Shown one piece after another: positions 26,852 through 35,820 of a stretch of 35,820 bases of DNA. The position numbers and the translations under genes are program-made. The DNA is taken from the IMG/VR virus record IMGVR_UViG_3300010358_000008, positions 1-35,820 of that record; one strand, 5' to 3'. The stretch comes from a virus. Taxonomy: Duplodnaviria > Caudoviricetes. The first letter of the stretch is position 1. Each line of letters opens with the position of its first letter. The notes beneath the pieces were generated by a model that made no database searches, was not told where the DNA came from, and saw only the letters and a program-made list of their open reading frames with translations.

Positions 26852-27282
26852 GCACCGACATCCAGGACCGGTTCCTGTGGATCTGGGAGGGGGCGCTCGC
26901 ATCCCTCCCAGACCACCGGATGGTCCGGGCTATGGAGAAGGTCAAGTGCAACCTGGGCCTGTGGGACCAGGCACTGAGCTACTGGCAGGTACGGGACGAA
27001 GCCATCAAGTGGATGTGGTCGATCCTAGAGCGGACTTACATCCGCATCGACGTAGTGGTCACGACACGTCCCGCAGAGTTTGCTCAGGCTCTGGCTCGTA
27101 AGTGCGAGCAGGAGAACTGGCCGATCCGCTATGTGACCGCTGAGTCACCACAGAAACTGGGCCGAAGATTATCCACGATGCCTGATGTGAAGCGGGTGTT
27201 TTACGGTCTGGCTGAGCAGCAGTGGGCCTATGGCCCGGTTGGCTACCACTTTGGGGGGGACGTGAAAGGACAAATCGTCTGA
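26833..27282 (+). CDS. Hypothetical protein (possible degenerate HAD-like fold)
   Basis: Overlaps both neighbours and sits between loader and helicase; function not assignable. Confidence 0.55.
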   Translation: MDKGRIGTDIQDRFLWIWEGALASLPDHRMVRAMEKVKCNLGLWDQALSYWQVRDEAIKWMWSILERTYIRIDVVVTTRPAEFAQALARKCEQENWPIRYVTAESPQKLGRRLSTMPDVKRVFYGLAEQQWAYGPVGYHFGGDVKGQIV

Positions 27283-28526
27283 TGGACATCGAGTACTCCC
27301 TGATCTCCAAGATCATCGAGGCTGGCGACTTCGATGCCGTGGCCCAGGCCCGCATCACGCCACGGTTCTTCCTCGATGAGGAGAACCTGGGCATCTTCCA
27401 ATGGGTTCACCACCACTGGTCTGAGTACGGGCGGGCCCCTGGTCAGGAAGCCTTTCAGCATGAATACCCGAATCTCTTACTACTTGAAACGCCCGAGCCC
27501 CTCGACTACTACATCGGAGAGCTCCAGAAGCAGCGCAAGTTCGCCCTGATCACCGAAGCACTCGACGGCACCAGCGAACCCCTCAAGAAGGGGGACGTGG
27601 ACGCCGTCATCAAGCTGCTGGCCTCCAGCCTAGAGGGGCTGCACTCTGAGATCGTTGCCAGCAGCGTCGAGCTCGTGCACGAGACACAGGGTGACCGCAT
27701 GGACTACTACGACCACCTGGCCGAGCAGACCGGACTCCAGGGCTGGCCCACCGGGTTCCCCACCATGGATCTGGCTACCAACGGGCTCCAGGCCGGTCAG
27801 CTTGTCACTATCACCGGGCTCCAGAAGAAGTTCAAGTCCATGGTGGCTATGTGCATGAACATCGCCTGCAACCGGGCCGGGGCCCGGACTATGTTCGTGG
27901 GCTTTGAGATGAGCAACACCGAGCAGACCACCCGCTTTGATGCTCTACGGGCCGGGATCTCCCTGACCCGGTTACAGCGAGGCAAGCCCACTACTGAGGA
28001 GCGGCGCAAGCTCATCCGCATGATGCACGCCGACATGCCCTACATGGCCTTCGTGCAGGACTCCACCAGCACCACCACCGTGTCAGCCATCGCCGCCCGG
28101 ATCCAAGAGCACCGGCCCGACGTGGTGTATATCGATGGGACGTACATGATGGATGCCGAGAGCCCTGGCCTGGACCCCGGTAGCCCCCAAGCGTTGACCA
28201 CTATCACCCGGTCACTCAAGCGACTGGCCCAGCGAGCTCAGGTGCCCATCGTGCAGACCACACAAAGCCTGGGCTGGAAGGCCAAGCGGGGGCTAACCCT
28301 CGACAGCATCGGCTATAGCAGTAGCTTCGCCCAGGACAGTGATGTGATCTTCGGGACCGAGGAGATCAAGGACGCCGAGCACGAGATCATGCTCCGCATC
28401 ATCGCCAGCCGTAACTGCCCCGCCCAGGAGGTACGCCTGGCCCTGGATCTCGATCACGGCTCCATCCAGGAGACAGCCGACATCACCTACGCAGCCGACG
28501 ACGAAGACGATGGACCGGCTGCTTGA
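27282..28526 (+). CDS. dnaB: DnaB-like replicative helicase
   Basis: TGATG-coupled start MDIEYSLISK. PTGFPTMD, GLQAGQL, FEMS, VYIDG, SFAQDSD and SRN motifs; variant Walker A GLQKKFKS. Confidence 0.88.
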   Translation: MDIEYSLISKIIEAGDFDAVAQARITPRFFLDEENLGIFQWVHHHWSEYGRAPGQEAFQHEYPNLLLLETPEPLDYYIGELQKQRKFALITEALDGTSEPLKKGDVDAVIKLLASSLEGLHSEIVASSVELVHETQGDRMDYYDHLAEQTGLQGWPTGFPTMDLATNGLQAGQLVTITGLQKKFKSMVAMCMNIACNRAGARTMFVGFEMSNTEQTTRFDALRAGISLTRLQRGKPTTEERRKLIRMMHADMPYMAFVQDSTSTTTVSAIAARIQEHRPDVVYIDGTYMMDAESPGLDPGSPQALTTITRSLKRLAQRAQVPIVQTTQSLGWKAKRGLTLDSIGYSSSFAQDSDVIFGTEEIKDAEHEIMLRIIASRNCPAQEVRLALDLDHGSIQETADITYAADDEDDGPAA

Positions 28527-29376
28527 GCACCTGGGGCTGGAGGACATCCGGCCCCTGGGCAACGAGATCGGGGCCCGCTGTCCCAAGCACCCCACCAGGG
28601 AGAGCAAGCCCGACAACTGGTCGATCAACCGGCTGACCGGGGCGCACCACTGCTTCGCCTGCGGCTACAGCGGCTCGCTCATCACCCTGGTCATGGACAT
28701 GACCGGCCAGAGCCTGTGGCTGGCCCATCAGACCATCCGGGAATTTGAGGTCGAGCTCACCGATGTCGAGCCCGAGCCGGTGGTCGACCGGACCACGGTC
28801 CTCCAGGCTTACGAGCGCTTCGGAGAGCCCCCTCAGAGGGCCGTGGAGCGGCGCAAACTCACCATGCCTGCCCTACAGACATATGGAGTGCGCTGGGACG
28901 CTACAGAGCTCGCCTGGGTCTTCCCCATCCGCTCTCCTCATGGGACGCTGTGGGGCTATCAGATCAAGGCTGCCGAGTTCGTCCGCAACCGGCCACCGGG
29001 CATCAAGAAGTCCCAGACCCTGTTCGGACTCGACGTGTTAAAGGGGCCGGTGCCCCGTTTAACCGTGGTCGAGAGCCCCCTCGATGCCGTGTACCTCTAC
29101 TCCCTGGGCTACCCCGCCGTCGCCACCTTCGGGGCCAACGTGAGCGACGCCCAGTTGCGCCTCCTCATCGAGTACGCCGAGAGCATCGTGCTGGCCCTGG
29201 ACAACGATCAGGCTGGCCTGGTCGAGATGCGCCGGATCCTGCGGCTGAAGTGGCACCACCGCATGCCCTTCGTCATCTTCAACTACGAGGTGACCCCCGG
29301 CAAGGATCCCGGCGAGGCCACACCAGAGCAAGTCCACGCTGGTCACCTGGCTGCGGTCATAGCCTCGTTCTGGTGA
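28510..29376 (+). CDS. DNA primase (Zn finger + TOPRIM)
   Basis: CPKH...CFAC Zn finger; VVESPLDA, ATFG, LALDNDQAG and KDPGE TOPRIM motifs. Confidence 0.9.
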   Translation: MDRLLEHLGLEDIRPLGNEIGARCPKHPTRESKPDNWSINRLTGAHHCFACGYSGSLITLVMDMTGQSLWLAHQTIREFEVELTDVEPEPVVDRTTVLQAYERFGEPPQRAVERRKLTMPALQTYGVRWDATELAWVFPIRSPHGTLWGYQIKAAEFVRNRPPGIKKSQTLFGLDVLKGPVPRLTVVESPLDAVYLYSLGYPAVATFGANVSDAQLRLLIEYAESIVLALDNDQAGLVEMRRILRLKWHHRMPFVIFNYEVTPGKDPGEATPEQVHAGHLAAVIASFW

Positions 29377-29462
29377 CGAAGATCGACGCTCGCTGGCTCT
29401 GCATCCTGGGCCTGGTCATGTTGACCATGGCGGTCATCGTTGAGCTCGCTGTCAAGCTATGA
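29373..29462 (+). CDS. 29-aa single-TM peptide
   Basis: GTGA-coupled; MTKIDARWLCILGLVMLTMAVIVELAVKL* fills the gap to the next gene. Confidence 0.5.
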   Translation: MTKIDARWLCILGLVMLTMAVIVELAVKL

Positions 29463-29468
29463 GGGCAC

Positions 29469-31010
29469 ATGTTCAAGGGTGAGCTCTACCCGTTCCAGGC
29501 TGAAGCCGTGGAGCGGATGATCGAGGCCAAGAAGCTGCTGGTGGCCTACGAGATGGGCCTGGGCAAGACGGTCATCGCCATCGCCGCCACCGAGAGGTTG
29601 ATCGAGGCGGGTGAAGCAGGCGGAAGTTTGATTATTTGTCCCGCCTCGATCAAGCACCAATGGTTGCACATGCTGGAGGAGTTCGCTCCCGACGCCCGAG
29701 CCATCCTGGTCAACGGCGACAGGGTCCAGCGGGACCGTCAGTACCGGGACTACAAGGGGGGCCATGCTGAGTATCTGATTATCAACCCCGAACAGCTTGT
29801 GAACGATTGGGAGATCGTGAGCAAGTTGCCCAGGGACGTGATCATCGCTGATGAGGCGCAGTGGTTCAAGAACTTCAAGCCCCGGCGCTCCAAGAAGATG
29901 AAGCGACTCAAGGCCGAGTACCAGTGGGCCCTGACCGGCCAGCCCATCGAGAACCGGGCCGAGGAGGCCTTCTCCATCTTCCAGTGGGTCCAGCCCACCG
30001 TGCTGGGCGACTTTCAGACCTTCGACCGAGCCTTCATCGTGCGGGACCATTGGGGCCGGGTCAAGCTCTACAAGAATCTCCCGACGCTCCACCGTCTCCT
30101 GGGCGATCACATGGTGCGCCGCACCAGGGCCGAGGTGGCTGACCAGCTACCGGCTGTGACCGAGCAGTCCATCCTGGTGGACTTCGATGAGCCGGGGCGC
30201 AACTGCTACAACCGCATCCTGGTCGACCTGGAGAACGACATCCTCGACGCCGTCAACACCTGGGGCAACTTCTCCCTGAGCTCCCTATATAGAGGAGAGG
30301 AGGGCCAAGCCCAAGGAGCAATCATGAGCAAGTTGGTCTGCATGAGGATGCTCTGCGACCACCCCGAGCTCCTGCGCCAGTCGGCTGCCAACTTCGTGGA
30401 CGAGCATTCCAAGCTGGGGTCGGAGTACGCCGCCGAGCTCCAGCAGAAGGGGCGGCTGGACAAGCTGATCCTGCACCCCAAGCTGGTCACCCTGGTGTCG
30501 CTCCTGGAGGACATCCTGGGGGCTGACCCAGCCAACAAGGTGGTGGTGTTCGCCTACTTCAAAGGAGCCCTCAAGCTCATCGCTGATACCACCAAAGACC
30601 TGACCAAGTCAGTTTTCTTCACCGGGGATGTGAAGCTGAAGGACCGGGACGCCGCCAAGCAGCAGTTCGCCAATGATCCGGGCACCCGGCTGTTCCTTTC
30701 CAGCGACGCCGGGGGTGTGGGCTTAGACCTGCCCATGGCAAATTACTTGATCTCCTTTGATCTGCCGTGGTCTGCGGGCGTCTACAGCCAACGGCAGAGC
30801 CGAATCATACGTCTATCATCTGTTTGGCCCCGCATCACCCTCATCTCCATCCGCATGACCGACAGCATCGAGGAGTACCAGTTCCAGTTGCTGGGCCAGA
30901 AGAAGCGGGTGGCCGATGCCGTCATCGATGGCCGGGGCATCAGCCCCAAGGGGCGGCTCACCCTGGATCTCCAGTCCCTGTCGGCGTTCCTGCGGACGCA
31001 CCGTGTCTAA
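29469..31010 (+). CDS. SNF2-family helicase/ATPase
   Basis: LYPFQ, EMGLGKT, IIADEA, LTGQPIEN, GGVGLDL and QRQSRIIR motifs. Confidence 0.92.
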   Translation: MFKGELYPFQAEAVERMIEAKKLLVAYEMGLGKTVIAIAATERLIEAGEAGGSLIICPASIKHQWLHMLEEFAPDARAILVNGDRVQRDRQYRDYKGGHAEYLIINPEQLVNDWEIVSKLPRDVIIADEAQWFKNFKPRRSKKMKRLKAEYQWALTGQPIENRAEEAFSIFQWVQPTVLGDFQTFDRAFIVRDHWGRVKLYKNLPTLHRLLGDHMVRRTRAEVADQLPAVTEQSILVDFDEPGRNCYNRILVDLENDILDAVNTWGNFSLSSLYRGEEGQAQGAIMSKLVCMRMLCDHPELLRQSAANFVDEHSKLGSEYAAELQQKGRLDKLILHPKLVTLVSLLEDILGADPANKVVVFAYFKGALKLIADTTKDLTKSVFFTGDVKLKDRDAAKQQFANDPGTRLFLSSDAGGVGLDLPMANYLISFDLPWSAGVYSQRQSRIIRLSSVWPRITLISIRMTDSIEEYQFQLLGQKKRVADAVIDGRGISPKGRLTLDLQSLSAFLRTHRV

Positions 31011-31356
31011 GGGCCCGCAATACCTCTTCTGCGGCAGCCGACTGACCGATGACACCTTCATCATCCGCATCCTGTTGGAAGGGCTCAACACCCAGGCCAG
31101 GGTATGGTCGGAGACAATCACCATCCAGGATGACGGCAGTCTGGATGGCCTGGAGCACGAGGTGGAGGCCTTCCGGCATCTCCAGCGCCGCAAGGTGCGG
31201 GAGTGGTCGGATCCCAACATCGTGATCGCCTTCATGGACCGTCTGTCCATGAACCGCCACACAGAGGAGACGCTCAAGCAGGCCCAGGAGAACCAGCGCC
31301 CCGCCTTCGTCGTCTCCAACTACGTCAGGGACCAGGCGGGGAACTTTCTCCCGTAG
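31003..31356 (+). CDS. SLOG/YspA-like (DUF2493-like) protein, divergent
   Basis: GTG 31003; LFCGSR N-terminal motif and P-x-x-VIAF...T...A...P-x-x-VV C-terminal pattern. Confidence 0.5.
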   Translation: MSKGPQYLFCGSRLTDDTFIIRILLEGLNTQARVWSETITIQDDGSLDGLEHEVEAFRHLQRRKVREWSDPNIVIAFMDRLSMNRHTEETLKQAQENQRPAFVVSNYVRDQAGNFLP

Positions 31357-31392
31357 CCCATAACCGTCACACCCCCTCGTTACGCTTGTCCC

Positions 31393-31866
31393 ATGAAGCG
31401 AACGCTGCGCCGACCCAGCGCCAAACCCGATCTCAACCTGCCCGGAATTCGTCGCATGGTGGACGGCTGGTATGCCGTCAAGCAGCAGACGGCCATGCTG
31501 ACCAACAAGCTGAACGAGGACAAGAAAGCCCTCCAGGCCATGGTGCACGAATGGGGCCAGACCGACCCCTCCAACGGCAACATCTTCCTTGACCTGGAGG
31601 AGCCCGTAGGGGACCGCAAGATCACTCGCCTCAAGAGCCAGTCGGCTACCACTACTGGCTTCAATGAGAATGCTGCCGAGGAGATCTTGCGGTCCAAGGG
31701 GCTGTGGGACGACATGATCGAGATGGTGCCAGTGCTCGATCAGAGCCGGGTGCATGCCGCCTTCTACGACAACAAGATCACCGAGGCCGAGCTCGCCGCC
31801 ATGTTCCCCAAGCGGACCAGCTACACCTTCGTGTTGCTGGATGACAACGACAAGCCGGTCTACTGA
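31393..31866 (+). CDS. Hypothetical protein (coiled-coil N-terminus), leaderless
   Basis: TACGCT-N6-ATG; GC3-rich codons; TGATG-coupled to the next gene. Confidence 0.7.
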   Translation: MKRTLRRPSAKPDLNLPGIRRMVDGWYAVKQQTAMLTNKLNEDKKALQAMVHEWGQTDPSNGNIFLDLEEPVGDRKITRLKSQSATTTGFNENAAEEILRSKGLWDDMIEMVPVLDQSRVHAAFYDNKITEAELAAMFPKRTSYTFVLLDDNDKPVY

Positions 31867-32330
31867 TGGCTGACCTGCTGGAGGGTTTTCAAGACCTGGA
31901 CGAGTTTTATCCCGGCTCCAAGCAGCGTCGCCGGGAGAGCCAAGAGCAGCGTCATGCTCGCCGGGTAGAGGAACGCCGCATCGAGCGGGAGGAACGGCCC
32001 TGGGACTACAAGCCGGTCGAGGTGTGGGTCAACGGGGTCAAGTACGACATGTTCCGCATCGGGGCCCTGGCGAAGGCTCTGAACCGGGATCCCATCACCA
32101 TCCGGGCCTGGATCCGCAAGCGCTGGCTACCCGGCAACCACTTCCAGACCAAGCAGGTATACGGGTCGCTAGGCAACGCCGGTAGACGGCTGTGGACCCG
32201 AGATCAGATCGAATTCATCGTCAGCCTGGCCGAACAGGAGGGACTATTTAAAGAGAAGCCACCCTATGTAAAGGACACCCAATTCACCCGCCGCATCTTT
32301 GCGGCCTGGCCCATCCTGATGTGGCAATGA
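31866..32330 (+). CDS. MerR-like helix-turn-helix DNA-binding protein
   Basis: FRIGALAKALNRDPITIRAWIRKRWLP...GRRLWTRDQI. Confidence 0.75.
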   Translation: MADLLEGFQDLDEFYPGSKQRRRESQEQRHARRVEERRIEREERPWDYKPVEVWVNGVKYDMFRIGALAKALNRDPITIRAWIRKRWLPGNHFQTKQVYGSLGNAGRRLWTRDQIEFIVSLAEQEGLFKEKPPYVKDTQFTRRIFAAWPILMWQ

Positions 32331-32680
32331 AGCTCACCAAGCACATTCGCTACACCGTCCGGGTCAGGGAGTATGAGGTAGTTCAGGTCGAGGTGGGGGC
32401 TGAGGCCGATCACTTTGACCTGGGCGTCGACAGCCGTGCTTGGGCTGAGCTCGACGCCGCAACCCGTGCCACCTACACCGATCACCTGGAGCTCATGGTC
32501 ATCTCCGAGGTGGACAAGCTGGCTCGTGACGAGCTCCAGCGCATCTCCGGGTGGTCAGAGATCCACCCCAACCTTGCACAAGACTTTCTGCACTCTGCCA
32601 CGACACAAAGGAATCAAGATGCCCGAACGCAAACTGCTACGCCGCCCTCGACAAGCAGAAGAATACGACGAAGCTCCTGA
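32327..32680 (+). CDS. Hypothetical protein
   Basis: ATGA-coupled MKLTKHIRYTVRVREYEVVQVEVG... Confidence 0.6.
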   Translation: MKLTKHIRYTVRVREYEVVQVEVGAEADHFDLGVDSRAWAELDAATRATYTDHLELMVISEVDKLARDELQRISGWSEIHPNLAQDFLHSATTQRNQDARTQTATPPSTSRRIRRSS

Positions 32681-33290
32681 CAGCACTGCTACCACCAACC
32701 ACGCTGATGACGACACCGGCCTCGCTGTAGCCAAGGGATGGGGCGGCTACCGGCGTACCAAGGCCAACGCCCCTTCCAAGTTCACCCGGCTCTATAAGGT
32801 GCCCGATGACGAAGGCCTGATCATGTTCCTGGAGGATGGCCCATATGCGTCGTTCCTCATGCACTGGTGCGATTGGGTGCCCCGAGGCCAGCGCATGAGC
32901 TACGTCTGCCTCCAGGATGACTGCCCCCTCGATGAGGTGGATGCCAAGCCCCAGGCTCGTGTGCGCTTCAACATCCTGGATCTCGGTGGCGACGTGCCCA
33001 CCCACACCACCTTTGAGTGCGGTGTCACCGTGACCGACATCCTGGACAAGCACGCCGCCAAAAATCCTCTGGCTGGTACCTATTGGGCCGTGCAGATGAC
33101 GGGTCCAAAGAATAACCGGCGCACGGCTATCCGGCCCGTAAAGGCCAGGGATCTCCCCGAGGATTGGGACACCGAGGCTCTCACCAAGGAAGAGATCCAG
33201 AAGTTCGACAAGGTGTTATGGGACGAGGATTCGCTGGAAGTAAACTCACGGTCAGAGCTCCAAGCGGTGGCAGACGCCGCTACTCAGTAG
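32619..33290 (+). CDS. Single-stranded DNA-binding protein (gp32-like)
   Basis: Start ATG 32619 (SD AAGGA). MFLEDGP...HW...YVC...CPL pattern, acidic C-terminal region, directly upstream of the polymerase. Confidence 0.65.
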   Translation: MPERKLLRRPRQAEEYDEAPDSTATTNHADDDTGLAVAKGWGGYRRTKANAPSKFTRLYKVPDDEGLIMFLEDGPYASFLMHWCDWVPRGQRMSYVCLQDDCPLDEVDAKPQARVRFNILDLGGDVPTHTTFECGVTVTDILDKHAAKNPLAGTYWAVQMTGPKNNRRTAIRPVKARDLPEDWDTEALTKEEIQKFDKVLWDEDSLEVNSRSELQAVADAATQ

Positions 33291-33305
33291 GGCTCGTGGC
33301 CGGGG

Positions 33306-35369
33306 GTGCCGACTTCTCCGCTCCCGTGTCCAAATGGAGAGGGCTGGGATGCCGCCCAGCCCTCTCCTACCAAGCTGCTCGTCACCAGGACCGTAAATAG
33401 CGTCGAAGACCTGAAGTGCCTGGTGGCCGACTATGAGCAGTTCGATGCCTTCGCCTTCGACGTGGAAACTACGGGTAACCGCAAGGTCCGTATGTTACGC
33501 CTGCCTGGGCCCTTGCCGAAAGGTACTACTCGCACGGCCCGAACCAGCGTCCTCTGTCCATCATGTGGGCGTGAGTTCGCAGATGCCAGGCGCAAGTTCT
33601 GTTCTGAAATTTGCAGCAAGGCTGCTGCCAAAGACAAACCTCCCTTGGACGCCCGGACCAACACAGTCTGGAGCTTGAGCCTGGCTGGTCCGGGCCGTTC
33701 CGATGTCATACCCATGGGGCACCCGGACAAGCGGAAGCAACTTCACAGGGCCGAAGTGTTTGAGATCCTGCGCCCCCTGTTTTTCAGTGGTCGCAGGAAA
33801 ATCAATCAGAACCTTTCATTCGACCTGTTGAGCATCGCCAAGTACTACGACGGTGCCATCCCTCCACCCCCATATGGGGACACCCTGATCCTGGCCTTCC
33901 TGCTCAACGAGAACCTGGACAGCTACAAGCTAGGCCACCTCTCTAAGAAGTACCTGGCCTACCCCACCCGGCTGGACAGCCAGGTCATGACAGCCTACGG
34001 GGACGAGAAGCTGGGCGAGTTCGCCTACCGGGTCAGCTTCCAGGAGGCCATGCGGTACTCGATCATCGACGCCAAGATGGCCTGGCTGTTGTGGTGGAAG
34101 CTGTCCCACCGGCTGGAGAGCCTGCCCAAGCTGGCTGATCTGTTCGACCTGGAGATGGGCGTCATGCGGGTGCTCATGGAGATGCGCCAGCACGGGGCCT
34201 ACGTCGATGTGGCTGCCTTCGGGCCCCTGCGAGAAGAGCTAGAGCACCAGGTCGCCACCAAGGAGGCTGAGTGCCTCCACATCGTGGGGCGGGAGCTCAA
34301 TCTCAACAGCACCAAGCAGCTAGCTGAGTACCTCTACGACGAGCTCAAGCTACCAGTGACCAAGCTGACGGCCACCGGGCTGCGCTCCACCGATGCCGAG
34401 ACGCTCAAGCGACTGGCCCGCCGTCATCCCTTCCCGGCCAAGCTGCTGGAGCAACGGGACATCCAGAAGATGCTGTCCACCTACATCGGTGGCTACATCC
34501 CCCGAATTGACGACGATTCAAGGATCCGGGCCTCCTTTAACCAGGCCGTAGCCAAGACCGGGCGGCTGTCCTGCTCTGAGCCCAACCTCCAGAACATCCC
34601 GGCCCGCTACCGCCAGAACACCGAGGGCACCATGGTGCGCCGCCTGTTTCAGGCTCCTCCCGGTTACAAGCTGATCGTGGCCGACTACAGCCAGATCGAG
34701 CTCAGGATCCTGGCCCATCAGACCAGGGACAAGACCCTCCTGTACGCCTACACCGAGGGCATCGACCTGCACCTCATGACAGCGTCCCGCATCTGGAAGA
34801 TCCCGCCCGAGCTCGTCACCCCGGAGCAGCGCAGCATCGCCAAAAACTCCAATTTCAATTTCGCCTTTGAAGGCGGGCCCCAACGAGTCGTACAGATGTC
34901 GGGCATCAGTGACGCTGACGCTGAGGCTGTCTATGAGGCCTGGCACAAGAGCTACCCCGGTGTCAAGGCCTGGGGCAAGAAAGTCAAGCGCTTCTGCTGG
35001 CAGCACGGCTACGTCGAGACACTGTATGGCCGCAAGCGCAGATTGCCAGAGATCACTTCAGATGACTGGAAGCTACGGGGTTATGCGGAAAGGCAGGCTG
35101 TCAACCACCCCATCCAGGGCACCGCAGCCGACGTAGCAAAAATTGCCATGATCCGGGTGAACGAAGTCCTGCGTCAACTGGACGCCCACCTGGTGCTCCA
35201 GGTGCATGACGAATTTGTCATCGAGTGCGCTGAGTCCCAAGTAGAGCAAGCCCTACCGTTAATACGGGTCGCCATGGAACAGATCCATAAGGATGGCAAG
35301 CCCGTCCTGGATGTGCCCCTGGAGGCCAACATCAGCGTCGGCAGCAACTGGAGCGAGGCAAAAGCATGA
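33306..35369 (+). CDS. polA: DNA polymerase, family A (3'-5' exonuclease + polymerase)
   Basis: ExoI FDVETTG, ExoII NLSFD, ExoIII YSIID; TGRLS, motif A ADYSQIELR, motif B RSIAKNSNFNFAF, motif C QVHDE. Exact start uncertain. Confidence 0.95.
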   Translation: MPTSPLPCPNGEGWDAAQPSPTKLLVTRTVNSVEDLKCLVADYEQFDAFAFDVETTGNRKVRMLRLPGPLPKGTTRTARTSVLCPSCGREFADARRKFCSEICSKAAAKDKPPLDARTNTVWSLSLAGPGRSDVIPMGHPDKRKQLHRAEVFEILRPLFFSGRRKINQNLSFDLLSIAKYYDGAIPPPPYGDTLILAFLLNENLDSYKLGHLSKKYLAYPTRLDSQVMTAYGDEKLGEFAYRVSFQEAMRYSIIDAKMAWLLWWKLSHRLESLPKLADLFDLEMGVMRVLMEMRQHGAYVDVAAFGPLREELEHQVATKEAECLHIVGRELNLNSTKQLAEYLYDELKLPVTKLTATGLRSTDAETLKRLARRHPFPAKLLEQRDIQKMLSTYIGGYIPRIDDDSRIRASFNQAVAKTGRLSCSEPNLQNIPARYRQNTEGTMVRRLFQAPPGYKLIVADYSQIELRILAHQTRDKTLLYAYTEGIDLHLMTASRIWKIPPELVTPEQRSIAKNSNFNFAFEGGPQRVVQMSGISDADAEAVYEAWHKSYPGVKAWGKKVKRFCWQHGYVETLYGRKRRLPEITSDDWKLRGYAERQAVNHPIQGTAADVAKIAMIRVNEVLRQLDAHLVLQVHDEFVIECAESQVEQALPLIRVAMEQIHKDGKPVLDVPLEANISVGSNWSEAKA
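33336..33367 (+). terminator. 13-bp stem-loop after the SSB gene
   Basis: GGAGAGGGCTGGG-N6-CCCAGCCCTCTCC perfect inverted repeat. Confidence 0.55.
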
Positions 35370-35820
35370 GTGACGTAAGTTGGTGGGCACGCAAGCTGGG
35401 CCAGGTGCCACCGACCCAGGCACCGGCCCAGCCAGCAAACGGAGGATACCCGGCCAAAGCTGTCCGATGGCAGCCTCAGTACCCCCCGACCGGTCCACGC
35501 CAGGAGGTGACGGAGTGGGACCAGCCGGGGAGCGATTCTGACGATAACTGGCACCGGGTCCACCGTCAGGGATTCGTGGAGAAGGCTCCCTCTGGCCTGG
35601 GCAAAGACGGTCATTGCCCGCAGTGTGGTGGGTCCAATCTCTTCAGACGCAAGTGGGCCGGGAGCGAGGCGGCTCCTCTGTGCACCGAGTGTGGTTACAA
35701 CGGCCTGTACGAGCAGTCAGGCACGTTGCTCAACTCCATCGGGATGAAGAGCTCTGGACCCACCCGCTTCGCCAAGTCCGACAACCCTGACCATGTGCCC
35801 AACCTGGGTGTCGACGCCAG
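35366..35820 (+). CDS. Conserved hypothetical Zn-ribbon protein (runs off right edge)
   Basis: ATGA-coupled MSDVSWWARKLG...CPQCGGSN...CTECGY; frame open to the window end. Confidence 0.7.
   Translation, partial: MSDVSWWARKLGQVPPTQAPAQPANGGYPAKAVRWQPQYPPTGPRQEVTEWDQPGSDSDDNWHRVHRQGFVEKAPSGLGKDGHCPQCGGSNLFRRKWAGSEAAPLCTECGYNGLYEQSGTLLNSIGMKSSGPTRFAKSDNPDHVPNLGVDA

Noticed and set aside
33477-33644. Possible intein or intron in the DNA polymerase
   Set aside because: Too short, frame stays open, and no Cys/Ser start with His-Asn end.

Overview
About 36 kb of a GC-rich tailed phage genome, most likely a contractile-tailed (myovirus-type) phage of an actinobacterium. The architecture resembles Bxz1/cluster C-like actinophages (recognised from memory, not searched). 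The left part (1-24757) is the virion module, mostly on the minus strand. Read right to left it has terminase, a cassette of small genes, portal, scaffold, N4-gp56-type major capsid, fibre/decoration genes, neck, tail sheath, tube, chaperone and tape measure. An oppositely oriented block (6481-11767) carries adaptor/stopper, fibre and lysis genes. The right part (24988-35820, plus strand) is the replication module: WhiB-like regulator, DnaC-like loader, DnaB helicase, primase, SNF2 helicase, SSB and family A DNA polymerase. Most notable observations: (1) small genes between terminase and portal share a strictly conserved FHDRRxEGRR peptide tag (28 identical residues despite 15 synonymous codon differences), a candidate capsid-targeting signal; (2) a cluster of consensus host DnaA boxes at the divergence point; (3) a tail chaperone whose second domain is reachable only by a +1/-2 frameshift; (4) a family of TA[CG][CG][CG]T-N6-start leaderless promoters, including two antisense mini-genes; (5) a Zn-finger insertion in the polymerase exonuclease domain. 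No tRNA, rRNA, CRISPR array or integrase was seen. All functional calls come from motif recognition by eye.
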